In this document: one piece after another, positions 1 through 12,692 of the stretch
Layout: every line of letters starts with the position of its first letter
Position numbering within the stretch: position 1 is the first letter of the stretch
Translations under genes and position numbers: made by a program
DNA from: Octopus sinensis
Taxonomy: Eukaryota
Length of the DNA stretch: 64,000 bases
NCBI RefSeq assembly: GCF_006345805.1
Contig: NC_043008.1
Span: 50,220,001 to 50,284,000, forward strand
Direction of reading: 5' to 3'
Notes under the pieces: generated by a model
Told to the model about the DNA's origin: nothing
Databases searched by the model: none
Seen by the model: only the letters and a program-made list of their open reading frames with translations

Positions 1-237
1 TGTGTTTAGCCCCTTGTGGGTAGTAAAGAAATAGGCATTTAGTCCATCTTAGCATTCCAAGTTCAGATTCCACCAAGGTCGACTGCCTTTCAGAGTCAGT
101 GAAGTAAATACTAGTGAAACACTGGGGTCAACTTTATCAACTTGTCCCCTAAAATTTCAGGCCTTGTGCCAAAATTTGAAATTATTATTATTACTACTAT
201 TATTATCTCTAATCCTATTGTATGTTGTGTTTTCCAG

Positions 238-441
238 GTTGCTACCCAGCTTGCTGTCCTTATTGGTAAGATAGCTCGTATGGACTGCCCGAGGTATTGG
301 CCTGAGTTAATCCCCACACTGTTAATGGTTGTGCGTTGTAATGATAGACTGCTACAAGAACGTTCCCTCCTTGTGCTGCATCATGTCATTAAGTCGCTGG
401 CTTCAAAACGTCTCATGGCTGACCGCAAGCTCTTTGAAGAA
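238..441 (+). CDS. IPO11: Importin-11 internal exon (VATQLAVLIGKIARMDCPRYWPELIPTL...RKLFEE)
   Basis: ttttccag|GTT ... GAA|gtgagt; matches human IPO11 IATQIAVLIAKVARLDCPRQWPELIPTL as recalled; phase 0/0. Confidence 0.95.
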
Positions 442-1408
442 GTGAGTGTCTTCCTTCTTGTTTTTCCCACCTACTTTATATCATATAAGCCAAAGAGGGA
501 GAGCCTATTATCAGGCGTTCTGAAAAAATAAATTAATTCTTAGAAAATTGATATTTTCATCATCAGATGTGATATTACTTTTGCAGGGAATGCGAAAATT
601 AATCAGACATTTCCTCAGGGTGCAGAGGAATTACTGTTCTGTCGACCTGTTAGAAACAACAGTTAAATCCCTCTCTCAAATCACGACCTCATTAACTATG
701 TCTTGAAAACAAAAAACAAAATTTGGGGGAAACATTGGATAATGTGATCCTACATACATTATGCCTGAAATAAAGATACCAAGATATATGATATACATAC
801 TGTACATTAGATATAGTCTTGGGTGTGACTTTAAACTGAATCCAGTAGTGGGGCCCTGGTTTTGAAGGGTGTGGAACCACTTCTTAGCCACTAAGGTTCC
901 CAGGTCTACTCTGACCCAGAATAGCAGCACCTGTCAGGATCCCAGCTGCAGGTTAATTAACATGTTATGGAAGAAACTCTAAGCAAAAACTCTTACTGCC
1001 TTGTGAGTGTCTTGGGAAAGGAAATGGCTTAGGGAATCAGCCTTGACAGCAATAAAGAAGAAGAACCCTTTAGGCAATCTGATGCCCTCTTCGATATTCT
1101 TCAAGTAATTCCAGTAATTAAGTATTCTTCAAGTAATTAAGGCAAATTTGTTTATGAGAAGGCCACTCCAATGTAAAACCCACAACTTGCTGGTCACCAC
1201 AGCAGTCTTAGCCTACTGAGCCACTGTGGTCCAAACTCTATGCCTAAGGAGTATGAGTGAACAGAGTAGGTTGGCTATTGATACTACCATGTAGATCCCT
1301 CATTTCCTTGGGCTTCATTCAACCCTTTTTACATTAACCTGCCTGAGACTGCCCTGGTTCTATGATACAAACTTCCTGGTAACAAGGTTTAGTTACAAAA
1401 ATTCCCGA

Positions 1409-1748
1409 CATGGCTGTATGGTTAAGAAGCCTATTTTGCATCCACACAGGTTCGGATTCAGTCCCTCTGCATAGCACTAGTAGATCCCAGGTCTGAGCAA
1501 TGCCTTGTAAGTGATTTTGATAGATGGAAGCTGTATTGAAGCTTGTTTTGTGTGTGTGTGTTTGTCTCCTTCCCAGCATTTGACAACTGCTGTTGGTTTG
1601 TTTACATCCCCCATAACTTAGCAATCTGGCAAAAGAGACATAATTTAAAAAGTACCAGACTTACGTAAAAAGTTAATACTGAGGTCAATCTATTCAAGTA
1701 AAATCCTTCAAGGCAGTGCTCCAGCAATCTGATGACTAAGACAAGTCC
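1409..1748 (+). mobile_element. tRNA-derived SINE (abundant family A), diverged copy
   Basis: tggctgtatggttaag...ggttcggattcagt head, gccttgtaagtgattt...ggaagctg body and tgactaagacaagt tail, shared with the copies at 11440, 12693, 35475 and 56358. Confidence 0.7.
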
Positions 1749-2218
1749 AAAAAAATAACAGTACTCGGTGACTTGGTAGAAAATATTGCTTTAGCCGTAA
1801 GCTTAACAAACTTCAACCTAGCTGACCACCTCATCAGTACATTACAGTCGGTTGTTTTTGAGAGGAAAAAACAGAAACGCAGCCTGGTGATCTGCCTGCT
1901 CAATATTCAATAAGACATATTTATGAAATTAACCCTTTCCCTATATCTCCAAGCAGCTGGAAGCCTGCACAATGTCTCCCACTCTAAAATCAATAAAACC
2001 ACTTTCATATCTGTTATACACTTTGTCTGCTCTCTGTTGGCATTGGTTCCAAGTTTTTCACACTCACACTGTTTATATTGTAGACTGCTAGAATGTACAG
2101 CAAGCAGTGGTACACGTCACTCGGCTGAACTGCGACATCAAATCATTATTATGATTTCATTCCTCTTTTAGTTGTGGCTTTTATCTCTTTTTTTTTCCTT
2201 TTTTCCATTCTCTCTCTT

Positions 2219-2253
<35 letters not shown>

Positions 2254-2894
2254 ACAAATCATTTATATGGAGAATTGTAAAAAAAAAAAATTTTTTTTAA
2301 TGCCAGGCACCTTGGCCATCTTCTACATAGCTCTAGGCAAACCAAAGCCTTGTGAGTTAGGGTTCAAATGACTGAAACAAGTAAAAGCGATAAAAGAGAC
2401 ACATATAAACAAGAGGGCACTAAAATGTTCCTGGCTTTAAGGGTATCACGAATGGCCTTATTGGAGGCCCAACTTTCCAATTTCTTTTACAGGGCTTAGA
2501 AAAACTGTGAGAATCTGAGAAGGGAATATGTTGAATAAAATCATAATTAACTGATCTTCTTGTATTTTCTTTTCCCCAAACCCAAGAACTTTTTAGCGCC
2601 CATTCATATTATTAACCACACGTACTTAATGTATATACCCTATATCTTTGCTGATAGGCTGCAATTTGGCGTAGTGGAGCTTACTCCCTCAGTGTGCCAG
2701 GTGTTAAAACCTGGCACTTTGAGAGAGTAAACTCCACCATGCCAAACTGTATCCTACCGGCAAACACACAAACCATGTACATAAAATATGTGTGGTTGGT
2801 TATGTTTACTAGACTAGTTCTGCTTCTGTTTCATATTTGTTCACATATATATATATATATATATGTATGTTTGTTTGTGTCTCGTTGTGTGTAG

Positions 2895-3024
2895 GTAGCG
2901 GACAACTTGTTTTCATTTGTGCTGAACTTGTGGAATACGCACATGGAGACCTTTCTGCAGCTTGCGTCAAAGTACGAGGATGGTCTATTAGAATCCTTGG
3001 ACAAAAGTATTTTAGGGCTCAAAG
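2895..3024 (+). CDS. IPO11: Importin-11 exon (VADNLFSFVLNLWNTHMETFLQ...SILGLK)
   Basis: gtgtag|GTA ... AAAG|gtgagt; 130 nt, phase 0/1; aligns with LASGIYNFACSLWNHHTDTFLQ. Confidence 0.9.
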
Positions 3025-3691
3025 GTGAGTTTGCACTTGATTTACAATCGCTGTTATGTTCCTTAGAATGTTTTCTTCGATTCCTTTCCGTTCCTGAAGA
3101 ATAAAACTCCTCTGTGGTCAAACTTGTTGCAGAGATGCAATTCAGTGGTAAAGTGTTTGCTTTGCATGTGAAAAACCCTGGGTTTGGTCGTTGGAATTTC
3201 CTGATTTAGGCACAGACATGTCTGCATGATTATTAAGAAATTGGCTTTGCCACTGCTTGGTTTCAGGTTCAGCATCACACTTCAGTAACACCTGCTAAAA
3301 CCCTGAACTACCCAATGCCTTTTTAGCAAATTTGGTTGGTGGAAACTGTGGGGAAGCTCATGGTGTGTGTATGTATGTGTGTGTATATACACACACACAC
3401 ACACCATCACCATCATCATCATTTAATGTCTGCTTTCGATGCTGACATGGGTTGGTCAATTTAACATGGAGAGCTGGTTAGCAGGAAACTGTCCAGACCT
3501 CAGCTGTCTGTTGTGGTATGGTTCCTATGGCTGGATGCCCTTCCTAATGCCAACCACTTAACCACTGTACTGGGTGCTTTTTACATGCTGCCAGCACAGG
3601 TGCATTTATGCAGCTCTGACACAGGTGGTTTTTAAATGGCACTGGCACCTGAAAGGGCAAGCTCTAAAGTGTATTGTACACACAAATCCAT

Positions 3692-4260
3692 ACATCATCA
3701 TCATCATCAAATGTCCGCTTTCTATGCTGGCATGGATTGGACGATTTGACTGAGGACTGGAGAACCAGATGGCTGAACCAGGCTCTAATCTTGATCTGGC
3801 AGAGTTTCTACAGCTGGATGCCCTTCCTAATGCCAACCACTCCGAGTGTGTAGTGGGTGCTTTTATGTGCCACTGGCACTAGGGCCAGTCAGGTGGCACT
3901 GGCCATGCTCAAATGGTGTTTTTTTACATACCACCTGCGCAGGAGCCAGTCCAGCAGCACTGGCAACGACCACTGGCAGAAGGTGACGCTGGTAACAATC
4001 ACATTTGAATGATGCTTTTTACATGCCACCAGCATGGAAGCCAGTCAGCTGCTCTGGCAATGATCACGCTCAGATGATGCTTTTTGCGCTCCACTAGCAC
4101 GGATGCCAGTCATCGAATTTGATTTTGATTTCACTTGCCTCAACAGGTCTTCACAAGCATAGTTTAGTGTCCAATAAAGGAAAGGTACACATAAGTGGGC
4201 TGGTTACACCCCTGGCATAGGCCACGGGTTATGGTCGCACTTGGCTTGTTGGGTCTTATA
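3692..4260 (+). repeat. Interspersed repeat (catcatcatc...ggatgcccttcctaacgccaaccac family)
   Basis: the same core recurs more than 10 times, e.g. 3410, 11080, 16050, 20640, 22430, 24480, 27190, 34070, 43910, 45820, 50700, 60620. Confidence 0.75.
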
Positions 4261-4476
4261 TTGCCCAAGGTGCTACGCAGTGGGACTGAACTGAGAACCA
4301 CGTGGTTGGGAAGCAAACTTCTTACCACACAGCCATACCTGCATCTCTTCTGATCTTAGCTTGGTATCTGGTCTTTATTTAATGAACCCTTGAAAAAAAT
4401 CTCTTCCTTACTCTTCCTATTTCTCTTCCTTTGTATGTATAACATGTTGATATTGTTTTTATTTCTATTTTTACAG

Positions 4477-4584
4477 TTTTAAGAAAATTGGTTTGTTTTG
4501 GATTCAAGGATCAGCAACTTCCCACTGATGTCATTGTATTTATCAACATGATATTTTCAAGACTGGATCCGTTTTTAGAATGTA
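4477..4584 (+). CDS. IPO11: Importin-11 exon (VLRKLVCFGF...RLDPFLEC)
   Basis: ttacag|TT ... TGTA|gtgagt; 108 nt, phase 1/1. Confidence 0.9.
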
Positions 4585-4589
4585 GTGAG

Positions 4590-5075
4590 TGATGTTATTG
4601 AATTACTTTCAGACCTACCATTTCCCTTTATCCATCCATCTTTTCCCACCCTCTGTTCCTGGGTTAGGGTTGTTGGGGTATAGCCCTCAGGCACCTCTTC
4701 CAAAAGCATCCTAACAGAAGCAACCATCATTACTTGTTCTGGCTGGATTCCCAAGCTTGACCAACTGTGGCTATGGATATTGTCCAACCATTTTGTTCTT
4801 GGTCTGCCCCGACGTCTTACTCCAGTTGATTTGACTTGAAAAGTCTTTCTTGCAACATTCTAGTTACATGTCTGTAACACCAGTCTTGACCTCTCAGTGT
4901 CGAGAAGTAGTGTCCTGACCTGGAGAGACTCCCTGATCTCCGAGCTATGCACCTTCTCAAGTAACATTACTCCAGAGTTCTTTTTGAGGAACCTCCATTT
5001 TGACCACTTTTGTTCGTGGTTGCTCTCTTCTGGTCATTATCCAATACTGATGACCATAGGTAAAGATAGGCCTAT
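4590..5075 (-). mobile_element. RTE-clade LINE 3' fragment (degenerate)
   Basis: minus translation includes GRPRTKWLDNI..W..LGI, typical of the RTE C-terminus. Confidence 0.6.
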
Positions 5076-5955
5076 CAGCTTAAAATTTTTTTTTTCTTCT
5101 AGAAGGATCTTTCCCTAAATAGATACATGTTGAAGAGACAACATTCAAATACTTGCAAGTATTTGAATCCTGTCTCGGCATTGGGCTCACAGCTGCAATT
5201 CCATTTGAGTATGGGTTTGCTCAATTAAGATTGACCTTGGGCTAAACAACAATAATTTTATTCTGAAGGACCAAAATCTCCCATCTTAACTCACAAAGCT
5301 GTAATTAGAAAAGAAGAGGGTTGGAGACACCCTGGACTTATTGCAGTTGAGGATCCCTTATCCTGAAATTCCTGGAACTGAAAGTGTTGCAGATTTCAGA
5401 TCTTTTTGACATTGGGACCAGTGAGGTTATCAAATAACTTACAAGAGTAATAAAAAGCTCTGCCACCACCACCACCTCAAATGAGTGGGGTTGTAGTATT
5501 GGGGGAGGTGGTTATATGCTGTGTTGAGAGGCTAAAGTATAATAGAGGGACAGGCACATACATTTTGCTATGGAAAAGATGCATGTTATTGAATGTGCCT
5601 GTTATTGAAAAGGAAATCACAGCCCTACCACTTGAAATTCTTTATCGTTAAATAAAGATCTGAAAATACAATGTTTACATCTCTTGAGAGTGTTACAAAT
5701 TAACTTGTGGTCCAGATGCATTGAGAGATACCTTGGTTGGATCTTAGCAGACAACCATTAGCTTGAAATAAAAACGTATTCTTTTGTCTGTCGTACTAAG
5801 TTCATTGTTTTAGCCTCGTAATTGCTCACTGGTCTGTTTTCCATTACTACAGTGGTTGATAAGTTTAAAATGTCTGGCCAAATAATATTATTTTGCCTTG
5901 TAATATTACTGTGTGTCTATTGACTGATGTGGCTGTGTTTTATTTACTTTTCCAG

Positions 5956-6026
5956 GGCGTAATCTCTGGGGGAATCAGCAGATGGTTGAAAAATGTGAGA
6001 AATTAATTTTACTGATGACAAAAGTG
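5956..6026 (+). CDS. IPO11: Importin-11 exon (RRNLWGNQQMVEKCEKLILLMTKV)
   Basis: ttccag|GG ... GTG|gtaggt; 71 nt, phase 1/0; this donor keeps the frame with the next exon. Confidence 0.85.
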
Positions 6027-6412
6027 GTAGGTAAACCATTCCATATATTTTTGTAGCTTTGGTAAAGAAAAAAAAAATTGTACTTTACCCATCATTGAGT
6101 CTTTTTTAAACAACACCTAATGATGATGATAATAATAATAGATACTAAAGGAAAATTTTTGATATTGATCATTTTAAAGAAAAACTGTAATACACAACAA
6201 TACAACACTTTTATGTCAATGGATTCTTTTTAAAAAGCATTATATTTGTTAATGGAGATAATTCCAAATGTTGTGTTTAGACAAGTCTTCTGTGTGTCAG
6301 AAAGACCCCTTTTTTATTGCACTCCCTGCATTCTTTCTACAAAGTCAACATCCTCTATATACCACCTGCATCCTGCTAAATCCTTTCTGTGTTCTACAAA
6401 TTTTTTCTCACA

Positions 6413-6447
<35 letters not shown>

Positions 6448-6535
6448 TGTGTGTGTGTGTGTAAATAAATAAAATCTCCAAATGCTCATGCTTTCTCTTC
6501 ACACTTTGCAACCCCCCCCCCATTCACTCCCCCTC

Positions 6536-6764
6536 TTAACCCTTTCGTTACCAACCCGGCTGAAACTGCCTCTGGCTCTGTTGTACAAATGTCTTGTTTC
6601 CATAAGTTTTGAATTAAAATCTTTCACCAAACCTTACACACAATTTATTTCCCTAACACCAGCTGAATGATAACTAAGTTATTTTACTAAATTCTTTGTT
6701 ATATTTAAAGTAATTGAAAGAAATACAGAGCATCTCAAAATAAATACAGTAATGAAAGGGTTAA
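6536..6764 (-). mobile_element. piggyBac-type MITE with TTAA ends
   Basis: TTAA-ccctttcgttac ... gtaatgaaaggg-TTAA; same family as 29332-29558, 15038 and 31264. Confidence 0.75.
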
Positions 6765-6888
6765 TCCCTCACCTGAATATTTTCTGACACCTCCCCTCAC
6801 CTTTCTTTAATAAAGCACCACTATTAAAGTCACCTTACTACTTCCTTATCATCTTATATCTCTCTCTCTCTCTCTCTTTCCTCTACAG

Positions 6889-6988
6889 CTGATAGATATG
6901 TTGGAAGTTCATCCTCTCTCATTTGTCCAGTTTATACCAACAACTTTGCAGTTTGTAGCAAGGTACAACTTTGTGGATACTGGTGAAA
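6889..6988 (+). CDS. IPO11: Importin-11 exon (LIDMLEVHPLSFVQFIP...DTGE)
   Basis: ctacag|CTG ... GAAA|gtaagt; 100 nt, phase 0/1. Confidence 0.9.
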
Positions 6989-7617
6989 GTAAGTGATATC
7001 TTCTCTTGATTCTAGTGTCACCTGTCAGCCTACTGACAGGTGTGGTGGCACCTGTCACGGTTCCCCCATCTTATACTGGTTTGGTAGCACATTTCATCTG
7101 CTCAGACCAAAACAACAGTGCCATTTTACACGGTCTCTAACCTGATTGGTGTGGCACCTTTTCATGTGACCACCAACTAGTATTTACTGCAGCATCATTT
7201 AATGTGGTCACTCTTAATACTTTATACGGTCACTGGTATCGTTTATTGTAGTAGTTTAATCTATGGGTGGGTGAGCAATCTTATTCATCTGCAGAACAGA
7301 GGGATGTAGGAATTTAGGCCATCTTATTATCTGAAGGACATCAGAAGTGTAAATAAAGAAATAATTACCACCAGTGGGATTTGAACCTAGCTTATGGATT
7401 GTTCACTAAGAGTTTACTACCAACATTGCAGAGCTTGATACTGTTTAAACATAATAGCATTCATTTCATAAAACAACAAAAATTTATTCAGGCATGGCTA
7501 TGTGCATTGCATAAAACCTTTGAGCAAGTGACTTCTACTATAACCTCAGGCCAACCAAAGCCTTGTGAGTGGATTTGGTAGATGGAAACTGAAAGAAGCC
7601 TGCCGTGTGTATATATA

Positions 7618-7656
<39 letters not shown>

Positions 7657-7784
7657 TGGTAAAAACGGTAAGATAACAAAAGAAAGAAAGAGACCTCAAT
7701 ATTATGTAAATAGAGGAATTTATCTGTAAAATGATATGTGACAATTATTCGACTATTGAATAATTGTCACATATTATTTTACAG

Positions 7785-7815
<31 letters not shown>

Positions 7816-7903
7816 GTTATCCAGAACATGTCTAAGATTCCTTTTAAATGCCTTTTCTTATTATGTATTTTTTTAACTCATTTATTTTCGTGTGTATTTT
7901 CAG

Positions 7904-7993
7904 GTCTCCATTTCCCTCACTTTACTGTAAATTGTCTGAATATGCTGAAAATTATTGTACACACTGATAGTTACAAAGTTGATACTCGAAAAG
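7904..7993 (+). CDS. IPO11: Importin-11 exon (SLHFPHFTVNCLNMLKIIV...DTRK)
   Basis: tttcag|GT ... AAAG|gtgaat; 90 nt, phase 1/1. Confidence 0.9.
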
Positions 7994-8202
7994 GTGAATA
8001 TTCTTCCATTGTTCTCCGATATTTTGACACCCTACCAAGAATTTCAATGTTGTTGATTATGTCTTACAGCACAGACTGAGTCTATTTAAACCATGCCACC
8101 AGTACTGGAGCAAGTGTTGCCTTATGCGTGGAGGATTAAAGCATTTCTTCGGCTTTGTCTCAGTTGTTACTCAAGTTACAGAATAAGAACAAAGTATTAT
8201 TT

Positions 8203-8812
8203 GGATCTTTACCTTTTGACCGACAGATTTTAAAAAGAATTTTTTATAACTAAACACTTTCAAACTTCAGACACTGGTAGAATGTGTCATATAAAACATC
8301 TTTTACTCTTAGCATTTTTGACAAAAACTTATATTTACGAAGTTACTTCACGTCAAAGTTGTCGTATTTCGGTAATTTCAACCAATCAATGATGTGTATT
8401 CAACTGGATAAAATTACTGTTGCTATTTGTCAATAAGAACTTCCGGCGGTGTATAATCCGTTTGTCACTGTTATTTATGACAACCCTAGCCCTAAAACCA
8501 TAACCTTAGAACCAGTACAAACGAATGAACAATGTCATAAATAACAGTGACAAACAAAAAATACACTGCCGATAGTTGTTGTTGACAAACAACGGCAGTA
8601 ATTTTATTCAGCTGAATACACATCACTGATTGGTTGAAATTACAGAAATATGAGAACTTTAATGTGAAATAACTTCCTAAATATAAGTTTTTCTCAAAAA
8701 CGCTAAGAGTAAAAGATGTTTTATATGACACATTCTACCAGTGTCTGAAGTTTGAAAGTGTTTAGTTAAGAAAAATTATTTTTTAAATCTGTCGGTCAAA
8801 AGGTAAAGATCC
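8203..8812. mobile_element. Fold-back element with ~280-bp inverted arms
   Basis: arms 8203-8482 and 8533-8812 are near reverse complements (ggatctttacc...ggtaaagatcc); 50-nt spacer with aaccctagccctaaaacc. Confidence 0.85.
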
Positions 8813-8939
8813 TATTATTTGTTGGCTTCTCATTTGTCTGGATACCAGGTAATCGTTGTAAATGAGCATCACTGTCATACAAGCGAAGTTGTTTTGTTTC
8901 CAGTCTTTCATGAAAAACATGTCCAGCTATGGAAAAATA

Positions 8940-9080
8940 TAAGGTTGTCCCAAAAGTTCGTAGAAAGTCTTGGAAAATAATGGTCTTTATTTTGAGGAAT
9001 AATTTTTGTTGTTTTTGTTAGTACTTGGCGAGTAAAAATTCAATTTTCGCAAGTGTTTACGAACTTTTGGGACAACCTAA
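8940..9080. mobile_element. Mariner-type MITE with TA target duplication
   Basis: TIR aggttgtcccaaaagttcgta ... tacgaacttttgggacaacct; flanking TA; splits a host repeat. Confidence 0.75.
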
Positions 9081-9554
9081 TATTACCTTGATTGTAAACA
9101 GGTGAAGGGTGGTGACAGGAAGAGCATCCAGCCGTGGAAAATCTGCCTCAACAAATTCTGTCTGACCCATGCAAGATTGGGAAAACAGAAGCTAAAATGA
9201 CACCAACTCCAGGGCACAATACGCCTTTCGTTGGAGTTTTTGTGGCTATCGTCTTGGTCCAGCTGCATGGTTTGCCTGCCCACACACAGGATGCTTTTAC
9301 GGGGCACCACTTGTGTGGATGGCCATCGGCTCATAGTGAGCTGGTCAGTCCTTTGACAAGTCTTGATTTTAGTCCTGCTGAGGTGTCCACAACCCCTCCT
9401 CACCTGACTTGCCAGATGGGGGATCCAGTTTAGTTGCCAACCACCCAACCATGAAACTGAAGCACTTGGTATTCAGTAGCAGGATTTTCTTGATCTGACT
9501 TGTAAATTAAACAATGATGGTCGTGTGTGTATATATATTGTATAAAAGACCATT

Positions 9555-9835
9555 GGTAAAGCCAAAACAAAGTGAAGTAAATGCAAGGTAAATCACAAGA
9601 AAACAAATATGTGAATTAATGTAGACTTACCTTGTATTCAATATTTCGGGGTTATAACCCCATTTTCAAGAAATTGATGAATGTTGCCAATGTGCTTACA
9701 CATACGCACATCAACATTCATCAGTTTCTTGAAAATGTGGTCATAACCCTGAAATATTGAATACAAGGTAAGTCAACATTAATTCATATATTTGTGATTT
9801 GCTTTGCATTTATTTCGCATTGTTCTGGCCTTACC
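9555..9835. repeat. Inverted repeat, ~130-bp arms with a ~25-nt loop
   Basis: 9555-9686 pairs with 9712-9835. Confidence 0.85.
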
Positions 9836-10199
9836 CACAATCTTTTATACTATATATTCTACACAATGCTTCATAGTAATTATTCCATACATATATATAT
9901 GAGAGGGAGAGACAGACCGAGTGGTCTTTTTTTTTTTTGTTTTGCATGATACTTGGCAACTCCAGTACTTTACAGTGTCACAAAAAATTCCCCCACTACA
10001 CTTTAAAGTGGTTGACACAGGAAGGGTGCCCAAGCAATATATAAAGCTCATCAAAGCAGACACAAAAGTACAATGCAGTCCTTTTTGGCTTGTTGGACCC
10101 TGTCAAAGCATTCACTTTAAAACAAGAAGTTTGTAATGTAGAATGAAGGGCAATCTCAGGTGGGTTGGTCTCAAACGATTTCTCTTCCTGTATTTGCAG

Positions 10200-10355
10200 A
10201 AAAGATAAATCCGGCTTCGGTGGAAGCTCACAAACTAAAGATGGAAACTCTCACTCCAAGTACCCTCACCGAGGTTTGTTGCTATCTTATAAACCGTTAT
10301 TTTCTGCTGTCTCCAGAAGATCTTCAAACATGGGAGTCTGATCCAGAGTCATTTT
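10200..10355 (+). CDS. IPO11: Importin-11 exon (EAHKLKME...YFLLSPEDLQTWESDPESF)
   Basis: ttgcag|AA ... TTTT|gtaagt; 156 nt; matches HYFLLTEEELTMWEEDPEGF. Confidence 0.95.
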
Positions 10356-10387
10356 GTAAGTATCAATTTTGAAGTCAAACTATTTCT

Positions 10388-10503
10388 TCATCATCATCAT
10401 CATCACTATCATCATTGTCATCATCATCATCACTATCATCATTGTCATCATCATCATCATTATCATCATTGTCATCATCGTTACTATCATCATTGTTATC
10501 ATC
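10388..10503. repeat. (ATC)n microsatellite
   Basis: imperfect trinucleotide run just after the 10200-10355 exon. Confidence 0.9.
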
Positions 10504-11894
10504 AAGCCAACAAGGAACTTGTACATAGTTGCTCAACCTAGTAGAAATAGCAACCAAGTTTCCTCTAATTACACCTTGTGATTTTTAACAAAAGAAGGAC
10601 ATTTTGAATAGTGTAGTCCCAGATATGCAAGCAGACAGGGTGCTCACAGCTGTAACTCCTTTGATGGCAAGTCTGCTCAGTAATGTCTGACCTAGGGCTA
10701 AACAGCATGTATTTCTGATTAACAAAACCAGTTTCTTTCCCAAGTAATATTCTTCTTGGCTTTATCATAAGTAGTATTAACAGCAGTTGTGACTGTGGTG
10801 GTTTTGCATGCCCAGGAATGGACAACTTTTTCTAAGAAGCAGGCCACACAAGTCATGGCTTATCATCAGGCAGGCTGCACCACTAATAATATTCAAAATA
10901 ATTTTTGCACTAGGCATGCTATTCTGAAAGCCCCATGGATTATAGTTTACCCACGACTGCAAATTTGAAAATTTGCATGTTTGTGAAACAACTGCTTCTC
11001 CCTCCCAGCCTCCTGTCTCTTAAACAGTTGACTGATTGAATTTAAATAAACATTTAGTCAGCATTATCAATTCTTGTAAAGTGGTTGGCGTTTTGGAAGG
11101 GCATCAAACTGTAAAAACTATACCAAAACTGACCTTGCCTGTGCTTGTGCCACATAAAAAGCACTCTGTCCACTTTACAGGGTGGTTGGTGTTAGGAAGG
11201 GAATCCAGCCATAAAAACCATGCCAAAACAGACAGAAGTCTGGTACAGTCTTCTGCCCGGCAAGCTCCTGTCAAATCGTCCAGCCCATGCCAGCATGAAA
11301 GGCAGATGTTAAATGATGATGATGACAAGAGACCCAGACAGAGAGCATGTTGGCTGCTGCAAGATTTGAACTCATGGATACATATTTAATAGTGCAGCAC
11401 AGAAATTCTGGTTTATTCCATGTATTGAAAGTTAAATATATTTGCTTCTAACCACATGGTTCTGCGTTCAGTCACACTATGTGACTCCTGGGGCAAGTGT
11501 CTTCTATTATTGGCCCCAGGCTGACCAAAGCTTTATGAGTGGATTTGGTAGACAGAAACTGAAAGAAGCCCGTCATATTTGTGTGTCCTTGTGTTTGTTC
11601 CCTACTCCATTATCACTTAACTGGTGTTGGTTTATGTCCCCCATGACTTAGCAGTCTGGTATTAGAGACAAATAGAATAAGTAGGAGATTTTAAAAAATA
11701 AGTTCAGTGTCCAATTTGTTTGTCTAAAACCCTTTAAGGCAGTGCCCCAGTATGGCTGCTGTCCAATGACTGAAACAAGCCGAAAATAAAAAATAACCCT
11801 TTATTTCTTTTTATGTCTTTTAATAGAATTTTTCCTTTTGATCTTTCACAGCTGAACAATACAGGTGTGTTTCTTGTTCTTTGTTGTTTTTTAG

Positions 11895-11935
11895 GTCAGG
11901 ATGAAGGTGGAGATTCATACAAGTTCTCACTAAAG
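11895..11935 (+). CDS. IPO11: Importin-11 short exon (CQDEGGDSYKFSLK)
   Basis: ttttag|GT ... AAG|gtaact; 41 nt; matches GGDSWKYSLR. Confidence 0.9.
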
Positions 11936-12692
11936 GTAACTGCCAATTTAACTACAGGTGTATAGAGGTGAACAGGGAGGTTTTAATTAATCAGTTGTTC
12001 ACTGGATCTAGTGAAACAGAATAAAGTGTTGCTAATTAACAGTAACTAATAAAAATGTTGATTAGTTGATTGATTGGTTGGGTGATTTCTCCGGTCATGC
12101 GTTACATCATATTGCGAGGTTGGGGGTGGGGGGAAGTTGGCGGAAAAGAGAAATACAGAGAGTGAGTGTAAGGAGTGCAGGGTTGGTATGCATATTAAGT
12201 TTGATGGCACACATTGAGTAAAAGAACCACACTCACACACAGGAGAGACAGATAGACAGACAGACAGAAATAATCATTGAAAGACAGGAGGAGAGAGGTG
12301 CAAATGATAGAGAATTTATAGAAGGAATTAGCATTCGGATTATTTGTTCAAATGTAATTCTTGTTGATTTGCATTGTTTTGAATTAATCGTGCATAATCT
12401 TGTAGCTTTGAGATTTTGGTGACATTGTTGGATAGTTGTGAGAGGCAGGATCTAGCCAGTTTGTACGTACAAGAGGTAGAATATATGGGCCAGATGGGGC
12501 CAGTTTGAATGGCAAAGGGTTAAAAGTATAGCAGCCAGGTCTTTCAAATCACATGCTGCTCCCTTAAAAAAAGGACAAATTGGCTTTTGTAGTCCTGAAT
12601 ACACAAGAAGTTGGTGTGGTCATGGATAGATTGCCTTTGATCAGGAGTTTGCTTTGTAAGGGCTGACTTGAAGTTAAACATTAACAGACATA

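Noticed and set aside
142-531. 129-aa ORF as a complete gene
   Set aside because: Only 238-441 is exonic IPO11; the flanks are intron and SINE tail
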